A stretch of 64,000 nt of DNA. Source: Acidobacteriota bacterium (GTDB lineage Bacteria; Acidobacteriota; UBA890; WLXD01). Positions 31,228 to 40,930 of the stretch are shown here, one piece after another. The stretch is from positions 1,984,001-2,048,000 of the forward strand of contig CBDFKD010000002.1 of the NCBI GenBank assembly GCA_965248695.1, in the 5' to 3' direction. Within the stretch, counting starts at the first letter, position 1. Each line of letters opens with the position of its first letter. The notes below the pieces were generated by a model that made no database searches, was not told the origin of the DNA, and saw only the letters and a program-made list of their open reading frames with translations. A program made the position numbers and the translations under genes.

Positions 31228-32788
31228 CGTCCCGACGCCGGCCGCCCTCCTCGTACTCGACCACAGGCAGAGGTGGCGGGGCGAGCGCCTCTCCGTAGTC
31301 CTCGAGCAGGTCCTTTACGAAGGCCCAGACGAGTATGTAGAGGGCGAATAGCACCGGCAAAGCCATCACGATGGATGAGGCTTGAATCACCTCGAGACCC
31401 CCGATGGAGAGCATCATCATCGCCATCAGGCCGAGGACACCGGCCCACAATACGCGGTTCCAACGTGCCGGCTCCTCGTCGGCGTGCAGCTCCCGCGTCG
31501 ACACCGAGGCGAGAATATATGCCGACGAGTCGAGGGTGGTGGCCATGAAAATAAACAGCACCACGACCATGCACGGCAGCACCAAGCCGCTCATCGGCAG
31601 CGAGGCCAGGATCTGGGCGCCGGTCTCCGCTGGACCGACTTCGTTCAGCAAGCGGCTCACGTCGAGCAGGCCGGTCTTCTGAAGGTGCAGGCTATAGCCG
31701 CCAAAGACGGCGAAGTATGCCCAGCAGCCCACCGAGCCCCAGCAACACATCGCGAACACGACCTCGCGGAACGTGCGTCCGCGGGAGATCCGGGCGACGA
31801 ACAAGCCCATCATCGGCGCGTACGCGACCCACCAGGCCCAGTAGAACACCGTCCACTTCTGCGGGAAGCCTTCTTCGGCAACGGGATCTGTCCACATGCT
31901 CATGCGGAAGAAGTTGTCCAGCATCAGGCCCATGCTGTTGCTGAACAGGTCGAGGATGAACACCGTCGGCCCGACCAGCAGCACGAAGCCCACGAGCAAG
32001 AGCGCCAAGTAGGTATTGATGTTGCTAAGGCGGGCGATTCCCCGCTCGAGGCCGAGGTAGACGCTGGTCCCGAAGATCAGAGTCCAAATGAGCAGGATCA
32101 CGAGGTTGAGCCCGGTGCTCTGCTCGACGCCCAGGATCTTTGCCGAGATGGCGGCGATCAGCGGCGTCCCCAGGCCCAGCGACGTACCCACGCCGCCGAT
32201 GATGCCGAACATCACGGCGACGTCCATGCTGACGCCCAGCGGACCCTTCGTGTGGCGCCCGAGCACAGTCTGCGATGCCATGCTGAAGGTCAGCCGCGGC
32301 TGCCGTCGCACGTGATACGAGTAGCCGATTACGATCGCCGGGACACACCAGAGAGCCCAGGCGCTCAAGCCCCAGTGGAAGTTGCCGTACATGGCAGCCC
32401 ACTCGTACGACAGCGGCGACCCGCTCTGGACACCAAAGGGGCGATCCTGCAGATAGTAGATGGGCTCGAGCATGGCCCAATACGTGAGGCTGGAGCCGAT
32501 GCCGCCGCAAAACAACATCGCGACCCAGGTAAACGTCGAGAACTCGGGCTTGTCATCACGCCCGCCGAGCTTCACCGAGGCGAAACGACCGAGCACCAAC
32601 CAGGCGAGCAGCCCGAAGGAAGCAATGCCCGAGAACAAATAGAGCCACCCGAAGTTGTCGCTCACCCAGTCACGTGCCTGGTTGACCTGCGCGCCGACTC
32701 CCGTCGGATCAATCATGGCGCTGACGCATATCGTCACTATGACGATGAGCGCCGGCCAGAAGACACGGTGCTCGATCTGTCTAGCCAT
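31208..32788 (-). CDS. BCCT (betaine/carnitine/choline) transporter
   Basis: KPEFSTFTW, FHWG, WTVFYWAWW, ARISRGRT. Confidence 0.95.
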   Translation of the reverse strand: MARQIEHRVFWPALIVIVTICVSAMIDPTGVGAQVNQARDWVSDNFGWLYLFSGIASFGLLAWLVLGRFASVKLGGRDDKPEFSTFTWVAMLFCGGIGSSLTYWAMLEPIYYLQDRPFGVQSGSPLSYEWAAMYGNFHWGLSAWALWCVPAIVIGYSYHVRRQPRLTFSMASQTVLGRHTKGPLGVSMDVAVMFGIIGGVGTSLGLGTPLIAAISAKILGVEQSTGLNLVILLIWTLIFGTSVYLGLERGIARLSNINTYLALLLVGFVLLVGPTVFILDLFSNSMGLMLDNFFRMSMWTDPVAEEGFPQKWTVFYWAWWVAYAPMMGLFVARISRGRTFREVVFAMCCWGSVGCWAYFAVFGGYSLHLQKTGLLDVSRLLNEVGPAETGAQILASLPMSGLVLPCMVVVLFIFMATTLDSSAYILASVSTRELHADEEPARWNRVLWAGVLGLMAMMMLSIGGLEVIQASSIVMALPVLFALYILVWAFVKDLLEDYGEALAPPPLPVVEYEEGGRRRDDDSTRS

Positions 32789-32913
32789 GCGTGCCTCGAT
32801 CTCCTTCGGGGTCGCTCGTTTGCATGCGCGTAGCTCCGGACCGAAACGCGTCTCGACATCACAGCGGTCGGCCGCTGGCCCTGTGTGTCCGGCCACGCGG
32901 GCTACGCTAGCCG

Positions 32914-32934
32914 GATTGATTTGGTTGATCAGTC
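32914..32934. promoter_or_regulatory. Imperfect AT-rich inverted repeat in the BCCT/DUF5916 divergent region
   Basis: GATTGAT-N7-ATCAGTC. Confidence 0.3.
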
Positions 32935-32992
32935 CCACACTGTAACGTACAGAGCAGGAGCGTCGCCGTAGCCCCAGCGTCCTGGGAAACCG

Positions 32993-35758
32993 TTGAACGT
33001 GTGTAGGTCCAAGTCTGCTCTTATCCTGTGCATCGCGCTGCTGGTCGGCGCGGGGCCGCGGCCGGCTAGTCAGTCGGGAAGCGGCGCGACTGAGCGTGAG
33101 CGCCGCGGCGCGGACCAAGGGCAACAGGAATCAGCCAGGAAGGCACCCCGCCGTGTGATTCCCGTCCGCATGGTCACGCCCAACTCACCGAACAGCCTCC
33201 CCGCGACGCCGGCGCCGAGTACGCCGGCCGGCCAGCGGCCGCTCGCCGTCGCGGTGCGGATACCGAGAAAGCTCATTCCCGTGCGCATGGTGTCACCGGG
33301 CGAACTCAACGCGCCCGTTCGCATGTCCGGCGCCCCGGTTGCTGATCCCACCAGAGTACTCCCGGGCGGAGCGACGAACCGGTACGCCGTATTGCCGCAG
33401 CCGCCTCTTGTACCGCTAAACCGTGCCCGGATGCCGGCGTCCGACGCGGCCGTGCCGGTGCCCAACACTGCGACGCCAGCGCCCAGAACTTCCGGTCCGA
33501 CGTTCGGAGCCGCGGAGCCGACGTTGGGAACCTCCCGGCCGACATTGGGAACCTCCGAGCCAGCGTTTGTAGCCTCCGAGCCCGCGTTCGGGACGGCACG
33601 ACCGCCGACAACCCGCGCCCCAGGGGTAGCACCGGACATGGCCGTATCGCGGACCGCAGAGGCGCCGGTGATGGACGGTATCGTCGACGACGCCGCCTGG
33701 GCGCTAGCCGACGTCGCCAGCGATTTTCTGCAGCGCGAACCACAGGAGGGGCAACCAGCCACCGAGCGTACGGAGGTGCGCATTCTCTACGACGACGAGA
33801 ACCTCTACGTCGGGCTGATCGCCTACGACAGCAACCCTAGCGCCATTCTCGCCAGCGAGCTGCGGCGTGACGCGCTCGGCGGAGGTGGGTTCTTCGGCGG
33901 CGGCGGCGGCGGTGGCGGCGGCTCGGACGACACTTTCAGCGTCGTGCTCGACACCTTCCACGACGGCCGCAGCGCCTTCCTGTTCACGGTCAATGCGCTG
34001 GGCGCCCGCTATGACGCCACCATCCGCAACGAGAGCCAGGTCAACTCCGAGTGGGACGAGGCCTGGGACGCGGCCGCCCAGGTGACCTCCCGCGGCTGGG
34101 AGGCCGAGCTCGTCATTCCTCTCGGGATCCTGCGTTTCTCCGGCGGCCTGGCCGACTGGGGCGTGGACTTCGAGCGCAATATCCGTCACAAGAACGAGCA
34201 GGTCGCCTGGAGCAACTACCGCCGCGACTTCCGTTTCATCGCCGTGTCGCAGGCCGGCGACCTGCGCGGCTTTGAGAACCTCTCGGTGACGCAACGGTTC
34301 CGCTTGAAGCCGTATTTCCTCGGAAGCGCCAGCTCGCTGTTCGACGACCCGGGTCGCACCAACAGCGTCGACAGGGAGTTGGGCATCGACGATCTCAAGA
34401 TCCAGCTGACCTCGAACCTCACCGCCGATCTGACCTACAACACCGACTTCGCCCAGGTCGAGATCGACGACCAGCGGGTCAACCTGACGCGGTTCTCGCT
34501 CTTCTTCCCGGAGAAGCGCGATTTCTTTCTCGAGGGGGCCAACAACTTCAGCTTCGGGCCACGGGGAAGTAGCGACGGGGGCTTCGGACCACCGGTGCTG
34601 CGATTATTCCACTCGCGCAACATCGGACTGTCGTCGACCGGGATCCCCGTTCCCATCGACTTCGGCGCCAAAATGACCGGCAAGCTAGGCAGCGGTAACG
34701 TCGGCTTTCTGCACGTCCGCACCGGCGAGTCGGGGCTCGGCGAAGGGGAAGGCTTCACGGCGCTGCGCTGGCGGCAGGACGTGCTGGCGCGATCGAGCGT
34801 CGGCGCGTTGATCACCAACGTGGAGGGTCCGGACGGAGCGATCAACACGGTCGTCGGCGCCGACGCCAGCTTCACTTTCTTCGACAACCTCAACATCTCG
34901 GCGTTCGGCGCCCGCGCCACCGACAGTGACCTGGAAGAAGGCAAGTTCGCGGGCCAGTTTCGGATCGGTTGGCAGAGCGATCAGTGGAGCGCCAGCTACG
35001 ACATCATGCGCATAGACCCGGACTTCCGCAGCGATCTCGGGTTCGTCCTCCGGGAGGATGTCGTGGCGCGAACGATCCGCGGCGCCTGGAACCACCGGCC
35101 GGGCGCAATCCCGTGGCTACGGTCGGTGAACTTCGACTTCAACTACACGACCTTCCACGACAGCCGGGGCGACCTGATCAGCCGCACGTCGTGGATCGGT
35201 CCCTTCATAGGCACCGAGGCAGGCGATGGGATCGGCGGTTTCTACTCGAATTCGTTCGAGCGACTGGACTTCCCGTTCCCGATCCACCCCGACGTCACCA
35301 TTCCGCCTGGCGAGTACACGTACGAGGCCCTGTACGTCTATTTCTTCACCTCCGCGGGGCGCTGGGCCAGCGTCAGCGGCGAGTTTCAAATCGGAGAGTT
35401 CTACGACGGCACCATTACGTCGCTAACCCCCGGTCTGACGTTCCGCGTGAATGAGAACCTGCTGTTCGCCCCGAGCTTCAGCTACAACAACATCGACCTG
35501 CCCGGAGGCAGCTTCACCACCAACGTCCTCAACGCCCGCGCCAGCTACAGCTTCTCGGATCGCTGGCTCACCGATGCGCTGGTGCAGTACAACAACCTCT
35601 TCGACACCGTGTCGGTGTTCGCTCGGCTGCGCTACATCTACAGCATCGGCGACGATATCTACCTCGTGTATCGGCAGGCCGGCGACTACGACGGCTTCCG
35701 CTTCGATCGCCACGATCGGTCGATCACGCTGAAGGTCACGCGCTCGTTCAACTGGTAG
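32993..35758 (+). CDS. CBM9-like + DUF5916 outer-membrane protein with long Pro-rich N-terminus
   Basis: PVMDGIVDD..W, TEVRILYD, NTDFAQVEID, FFPEKRDFFLEG; beta-rich C-terminus ending FNW. Confidence 0.88.
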   Translation: MNVCRSKSALILCIALLVGAGPRPASQSGSGATERERRGADQGQQESARKAPRRVIPVRMVTPNSPNSLPATPAPSTPAGQRPLAVAVRIPRKLIPVRMVSPGELNAPVRMSGAPVADPTRVLPGGATNRYAVLPQPPLVPLNRARMPASDAAVPVPNTATPAPRTSGPTFGAAEPTLGTSRPTLGTSEPAFVASEPAFGTARPPTTRAPGVAPDMAVSRTAEAPVMDGIVDDAAWALADVASDFLQREPQEGQPATERTEVRILYDDENLYVGLIAYDSNPSAILASELRRDALGGGGFFGGGGGGGGGSDDTFSVVLDTFHDGRSAFLFTVNALGARYDATIRNESQVNSEWDEAWDAAAQVTSRGWEAELVIPLGILRFSGGLADWGVDFERNIRHKNEQVAWSNYRRDFRFIAVSQAGDLRGFENLSVTQRFRLKPYFLGSASSLFDDPGRTNSVDRELGIDDLKIQLTSNLTADLTYNTDFAQVEIDDQRVNLTRFSLFFPEKRDFFLEGANNFSFGPRGSSDGGFGPPVLRLFHSRNIGLSSTGIPVPIDFGAKMTGKLGSGNVGFLHVRTGESGLGEGEGFTALRWRQDVLARSSVGALITNVEGPDGAINTVVGADASFTFFDNLNISAFGARATDSDLEEGKFAGQFRIGWQSDQWSASYDIMRIDPDFRSDLGFVLREDVVARTIRGAWNHRPGAIPWLRSVNFDFNYTTFHDSRGDLISRTSWIGPFIGTEAGDGIGGFYSNSFERLDFPFPIHPDVTIPPGEYTYEALYVYFFTSAGRWASVSGEFQIGEFYDGTITSLTPGLTFRVNENLLFAPSFSYNNIDLPGGSFTTNVLNARASYSFSDRWLTDALVQYNNLFDTVSVFARLRYIYSIGDDIYLVYRQAGDYDGFRFDRHDRSITLKVTRSFNW
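33497..33601 (+). repeat. 5 x 21-nt coding repeat
   Basis: PTFGAAE/PTLGTSR/PTLGTSE/PAFVASE/PAFGTAR. Confidence 0.8.
33896..33922 (+). repeat. GGC trinucleotide run (Gly9)
   Basis: (GGC)5 GGT (GGC)3. Confidence 0.85.
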
Positions 35759-35794
35759 GGCGCCGAGCACGGGCAGCTTGGGAGAGTGCCGGTG

Positions 35795-37558
35795 CTAGAA
35801 CCCCGCGGCGCGGAAGACTGCCTTGCCGGCCAGCAACGTAAGCAGTACCCGAACATCCTCGATCCGTGTCGTCCGAACCTCGAACAGATCGCGCTCGAGC
35901 ACCACGAGGTCGGCTTGCTTGCCGACGACGATCGAGCCGGTGACGTCGGCCTGGTGCAGGAGGAACGCGGCATCCAGCGTATGCATGCGGATCGCGTCGT
36001 CGAGGCTATTGAGCGGCGTCGAGAAACGCGTGAGCGCGCGCTGGATGGTAGCCAGCGGCGACAACGGCCCAGCGTCCCAATCGCTGCTGAGGACTGTCTT
36101 GGCACCGGCATCGAGCAAGGACTGGACCGGCAGTAGCCCGTCGACAGCGGCGGCGCTCAAGAAGCGGCTCAGGTAGCGAGCGTAGGCGCGATTGATCGCA
36201 TCGGGAGGCATCTGCAGGTCGGCGATCACGCCCAGCCGGAGGAACCGGCGACGGTCCACTTCGTCCACCAGGTAGAGGTGGCTGATGCGATGGCGCCGGT
36301 CCTTGGCGCCGGTCCGCGCCCGAGCCGACTGCACCGCATCGAGCGCCAGCCGTGCGCCACGATCACCGGTGGCATGGAAGTGCATCTGGAAGCCGATCTC
36401 GTCGAGCCCCTGAACGTACTTCTGCAGTGCCTCTTCCTCAAAGTACACGAACCCGGACGGCGACGGGCTGGGGAGCCCCGGGGTGTCGAGATACGCATCC
36501 AGCAGCGCCGAGGTGCCGAGATCGAGGATTCCGTCGACGTAGATCTTCGCCTGGTTGAAACGCAGGAGACGTCCGGGCTCGTTGGTGTACAGGCGCCTCA
36601 GGTCGTCCATCTGCGCAGCGAACGGACGGTCCGGATAAACGTACAGTGCATTGCTAGCCCGGACCGTGAGCTCGCCTTCGCGCTCGGCCCGCTGCCACAC
36701 CTCATGGTGGCCGCGAGTCCAGTAGCCCCCGGCGTCGCTCACCGAAGTGATGCCGTGCATATTCAGCTCGGCAAGGCTGCCGCGCAGCCCTTGATACGCT
36801 CCCTCGAGGATCTCGTCGGTCGGGGCCCACGCAACATCGCGGAGCTTCTGCTGCGCGTTCTCGAAGACGATTCCCGTCAGACGCCCGCTGCTCGGATCGC
36901 GATGCAGGATTCCGCCCTGCGGATCCGGGCTGTTGCGTCGGTACCCGGCCGCCTCCATGGCCATCGTGTTGGCCCACGCGCCATGCCCCAGGTCGTCGAG
37001 AATCAACACTGGGCGATCGGGAACGGCGCGATCCAGCACGTTGATCGGTAGCTCGTCTCCATCCAGCAAGGCGGAGACGAACACCCCGGCTCCGAGCACC
37101 CAGTCCCTGCCCTGTTGGCGGTTGGCACAGTTGCGGGCCGACTGCTCATAGGTCGCCAGCGGCCGACGCCAAGGGAACAGACAGAGACCCTCGTTGATTC
37201 CCGCTTCAAGCGCGTGAACGTGCGGGTCGTGAAAGCCGGGCAGCAACATGCGACCGTCGAGGTCCACCCGCTCTGTTGCGCTGGTTGCCAGTGCCAACAC
37301 CTCGGCATCGTCACCGACGGCGACAATCATGCCGTCCTCGATGGCAACCGCTTCTGCCCAAGGACGTGCAGGGTCAACGGTGTAGACACGGCCGCCGTGA
37401 AAGACCGTCGAAGGGGCCACAGGCAACAGCGCAGCCGCCGAGCCGTCGCTGGCGGCCACGACAACTAGCGCCACGATCGCCACCGTAGTGAGGGTGCGGC
37501 GGCGCCCCGCTATCAAGGGCGTCGTCGGGACGGGCTGTTCGAGCATGCGCTCGCTCAC
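35795..37558 (-). CDS. Exported amidohydrolase-3 (YtcJ-like)
   Basis: PGFHDPHVH, KIYVDG, HATGD, SSDW, GKQADLVVL. Confidence 0.9.
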   Translation of the reverse strand: MSERMLEQPVPTTPLIAGRRRTLTTVAIVALVVVAASDGSAAALLPVAPSTVFHGGRVYTVDPARPWAEAVAIEDGMIVAVGDDAEVLALATSATERVDLDGRMLLPGFHDPHVHALEAGINEGLCLFPWRRPLATYEQSARNCANRQQGRDWVLGAGVFVSALLDGDELPINVLDRAVPDRPVLILDDLGHGAWANTMAMEAAGYRRNSPDPQGGILHRDPSSGRLTGIVFENAQQKLRDVAWAPTDEILEGAYQGLRGSLAELNMHGITSVSDAGGYWTRGHHEVWQRAEREGELTVRASNALYVYPDRPFAAQMDDLRRLYTNEPGRLLRFNQAKIYVDGILDLGTSALLDAYLDTPGLPSPSPSGFVYFEEEALQKYVQGLDEIGFQMHFHATGDRGARLALDAVQSARARTGAKDRRHRISHLYLVDEVDRRRFLRLGVIADLQMPPDAINRAYARYLSRFLSAAAVDGLLPVQSLLDAGAKTVLSSDWDAGPLSPLATIQRALTRFSTPLNSLDDAIRMHTLDAAFLLHQADVTGSIVVGKQADLVVLERDLFEVRTTRIEDVRVLLTLLAGKAVFRAAGF

Positions 37559-39354
37559 CCTACCCCGGTCACGAGACCGGTTTCCGGCGCCTCGTAGACG
37601 ATCTCTCCGTTCACCAGGGTCAACAGGCACCGCATCTCCTTGATCTCCTCCGTCGGCACCGAGTAGAGATCACGATCCCAGACGGCGATATCGGCATACT
37701 TGCCGACCTCGAGGGTGCCGATACGGTCCTCCATGAACAGCTGCCGGGAGTTCCACGCGGTGTAGGAGCGCAACGCAGTCTGGATATCGACGGACTCGTC
37801 GGTACCGAACGGATGCTGCCCGTGGGTACCCATCAGCGTCTCCCGGGCAACCGAGGCCCAGAGTCCGTAGCGGGCCGCGAACGGCGTGACGTCGTAGTCG
37901 GATCCGCTTCCCCAACGAATGCCCCGATCGAGGTAGGTCTTGAGTCCGAGCAACCGCTGATTCCGCTGGGGGCCGAAATTGCCGGCATAGGTGTCGCCGA
38001 TCCACCAGGTAAATCCCGGCTGCACCTCCGGATACACGGCGTCGTAGTCAGTCTGCAGGCGGGCCATCGTGTCGAGCGCCGCGTCGGTCGGGATATTCGA
38101 GTGAATGATGCTGTGGCGTAGGCCGTACGCCGGGTTCGCCTCCAACGCATCGGCGAACGCCTCCACGACCACGTCGATGGCGCGGTCGCCGATGGAATGC
38201 ACGCCGAGGTGCATTCCAGATGAGTGGACCGCGCCGATCTGATCCCGCAAGACCTCCGGTGTCGCCCGCGGCAAGCCGTAGTTGCCAGCATCGACCTCGT
38301 CGAGGTTCCTGTTCCACTCGTCGTGCAGCCAGGCGGTGCGGGCACCGCCGCTGCCGTCGGCGTAGAGCTTGACTCCTCCTGAAATCAGCATGTCGTCGCC
38401 GGTCGAGATCCACGGCTTGGTGAACGGACCGATCTGCTCGATGAGCCGCTGAGTGTCCTCGAGGGTCTGCCCGGTGCGCCAGAGAACGAATATGCGCGCG
38501 GTGAGCTTTCCCGAGGCCAGCGCCGCCTGGTAGGCACGCCAAGTGCGGAAGCCGATCTCAGGGTCCTTGACGGCCGTCATTCCCTCTTCGTGGAGCCTGG
38601 GCACGTAGCGTTCAATCGCCTCGCGCAGCCGATCGTCGCCGCGGGCGGGAATATTGCGACGTACGAGCGATGTCGCGGTGTCCTTGAAGACGCCGGTCGG
38701 ATTGCCGTCGGCGTCACGGTCGATCAGGCCTCCTGGCGGGTCCGGAGTTGCCCGCGTGATGCCTGCCAGCTCCAGGGCGACAGAGTTTCCGACGCTGTAG
38801 TGCGCCGTCGTGTGAGTCAACCAGACGGGATTGTCGGGCGAGACCGGGTCCAGATCACTGGCGTAGATATAGCGACCCTCGGCGAGCTTGCCTTCATCCC
38901 ATCCACCGCCGGTCACCCAATCGCCGGGCTCCCGGTCAATCACCGCTGCACGCACTGCTTCGGCAACGTCGACGATCGACTCGACGGCAGGGTACGAGAC
39001 GTCGAGGGTGAACAGCGCTCCAGCGGCGCCAACTGCGAAGTGGTTGTGAGTGTCGATCAGGCCAGGGGTTGCGGTGAGTCCGCCCAGATCGATGCGGCGG
39101 GTGCCGACACCGGCGAGCGCTTCAATCTCCCTGGTCGACCCGACGGCGACGATCTTGCCGTCGTGGATCGCCACCGCTTCGACGATGGTGTCGTCAGCGT
39201 CGACCGTGATGATCTTGCCGTTGACGACAATCGTGTCCGCCGAGAGCTGAATGGCCGGTGAGCACCCGACAATGTGCAACCCCCCGAACAGCAGCCCGAC
39301 GACCAATCCGGCACTGCACCGCCGGCCACCGGCGCACGCAGGCAGGTTCCTCAC
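37555..39354 (-). CDS. Amidohydrolase-3 (YtcJ-like) lipoprotein
   Basis: PGLIDTHNH, KLYADG, HSIGD, GSDY, GKYADIAV; lipobox IVGC. Confidence 0.9.
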   Translation of the reverse strand: MRNLPACAGGRRCSAGLVVGLLFGGLHIVGCSPAIQLSADTIVVNGKIITVDADDTIVEAVAIHDGKIVAVGSTREIEALAGVGTRRIDLGGLTATPGLIDTHNHFAVGAAGALFTLDVSYPAVESIVDVAEAVRAAVIDREPGDWVTGGGWDEGKLAEGRYIYASDLDPVSPDNPVWLTHTTAHYSVGNSVALELAGITRATPDPPGGLIDRDADGNPTGVFKDTATSLVRRNIPARGDDRLREAIERYVPRLHEEGMTAVKDPEIGFRTWRAYQAALASGKLTARIFVLWRTGQTLEDTQRLIEQIGPFTKPWISTGDDMLISGGVKLYADGSGGARTAWLHDEWNRNLDEVDAGNYGLPRATPEVLRDQIGAVHSSGMHLGVHSIGDRAIDVVVEAFADALEANPAYGLRHSIIHSNIPTDAALDTMARLQTDYDAVYPEVQPGFTWWIGDTYAGNFGPQRNQRLLGLKTYLDRGIRWGSGSDYDVTPFAARYGLWASVARETLMGTHGQHPFGTDESVDIQTALRSYTAWNSRQLFMEDRIGTLEVGKYADIAVWDRDLYSVPTEEIKEMRCLLTLVNGEIVYEAPETGLVTGVG

Positions 39355-40841
39355 TGTCGAATGCCGAACAGCGCCCTCGTGCGCGCCTCTATGCTGTTGG
39401 CTAGCGCCTCTCCCAGCCGCCATCCGGCCAGCGCCTCGGTACCGCTGTAGTAGGTCAGGTACTTTCGCGCCAGATCCGGCTCGCCGGCTTCGAAGAGCTT
39501 CAGCGCCGTCCGCTCGACGCCCTCCTGGCGCTCGATCAATCGCGCCTCGAAGGCTTCCAGTGCCTCCGTGACCTCGGGCAGGAACTTCTCCTGATGCTCC
39601 TCGGTCAGGTAGAGGAGGCGTTTGTAGGTACGCAGCGCGAAGCGCGTCGACTCGATGCCGCGCTCCTCGTCGTCGACCATGTACTGCGTAGCCTCGCCGC
39701 CCGTGAGGTACCGATGCCGTTTCAGCTCAGTGGGCACGTCGGTCGTACCGATATAGAAGGGAATGAACGGCGCGGTCACCGATGTGGTGGCGGCCACCCA
39801 GAGAACGCCGAGCTCCTCGTGAACACCCTTGCGCAGATGCGCCACCTGACCGTAACCGGCGGAGTCGCGGGTGAGCTCGGTGGTGCGCACGGCGGCGATC
39901 ATGTCGGTCAGGCCGACCTTGCCGGCGAGCGCCTTCATGCGCTCCTCGATCAGCACCACCGCCGGATGCCGCAATTGGCCGTCGCCGTAGATCTTGTTGA
40001 CGTTGAACGCCTCGCCGGAATCGGGGTCGTACCAACCTTGCTCGATCGCAAAGCTGACAAAGTTCGGCGACGCCATGTAGTCAGGGTCGCTGTGGAAATC
40101 CACCGGGAAGTCCCCGATGTAGCCGGGCCGCGAGACGCGCACGTCGTCCGGCCCGAGCCGCTCCGCCGCCCACAGGCCCTGGCCGCCGGCGAAGTTGATC
40201 AGCACCCAACCTTCGTCGGCGTCGGCAAACAGGTGCGAGTTGCCGCCGTACGTCGAGAAGCCATGCTCGGCGATCAGCGCGCCGATGATCTCGACCGCTT
40301 CGCGCGCACTATGCGCGCGCTCCATAACAATGCGCGCCAAGTCGCTGTAGTTCGGTCCGCCGCCCTGCGGGTTGGGCGTCATCTCCTGCAGCTCGCGCCG
40401 CGAGGGCGACCAGACATCCCGCGCCGCAACACCGTGCTCATTGAGCCCGCCGTTGGTCAGCGGCGCCGGAAACCCCGAGTACTCCGAGTAGTTCATCGTG
40501 ATGTACTTCGCCGTCCGCGCCACCTGTGGGATCTGACTCAGCACACCGGGGAAGTTGGCGCGCTCGGTGACACCGACCCACATGGTCGCGCCTGGCGGGA
40601 AGGTCCTTGACGCAACGATCTCCAGCCAGTGGCTCGAGGGCTCGTCGCCGTAGCCACCGAGAAACACGCTGCCGTCGATGGTGAGGTTCTTGCCGACGTA
40701 GACGCAGTAACTCGCCCACGCCGGAGTGGCCGTGACCGCGAGCCCCAGCAGCAGGAACGAGAGAACCTGCCGGGCCCGGGCGCGCGAGCTGCGTATTCGA
40801 GCGGCGGTCGAACTGTTCCTGAGACGCGGCTGCACGATCAT
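39351..40841 (-). CDS. C69 dipeptidase/secernin-like Ntn hydrolase, exported
   Basis: AWA-SYCVYVGKNLTIDGS, GLNEHGV, SAREAV, ADADEGW; AAGGAGG RBS. Confidence 0.8.
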   Translation of the reverse strand: MIVQPRLRNSSTAARIRSSRARARQVLSFLLLGLAVTATPAWASYCVYVGKNLTIDGSVFLGGYGDEPSSHWLEIVASRTFPPGATMWVGVTERANFPGVLSQIPQVARTAKYITMNYSEYSGFPAPLTNGGLNEHGVAARDVWSPSRRELQEMTPNPQGGGPNYSDLARIVMERAHSAREAVEIIGALIAEHGFSTYGGNSHLFADADEGWVLINFAGGQGLWAAERLGPDDVRVSRPGYIGDFPVDFHSDPDYMASPNFVSFAIEQGWYDPDSGEAFNVNKIYGDGQLRHPAVVLIEERMKALAGKVGLTDMIAAVRTTELTRDSAGYGQVAHLRKGVHEELGVLWVAATTSVTAPFIPFYIGTTDVPTELKRHRYLTGGEATQYMVDDEERGIESTRFALRTYKRLLYLTEEHQEKFLPEVTEALEAFEARLIERQEGVERTALKLFEAGEPDLARKYLTYYSGTEALAGWRLGEALANSIEARTRALFGIRQ

Positions 40842-40930
40842 CGGTTTCCTCCTTCCATGGCCAACTACGCGCGGTCGTGATTGGCGCGCGATCCGAACGG
40901 GTTTCGGTGGCGCCTGTTGCAGGCCACTAG

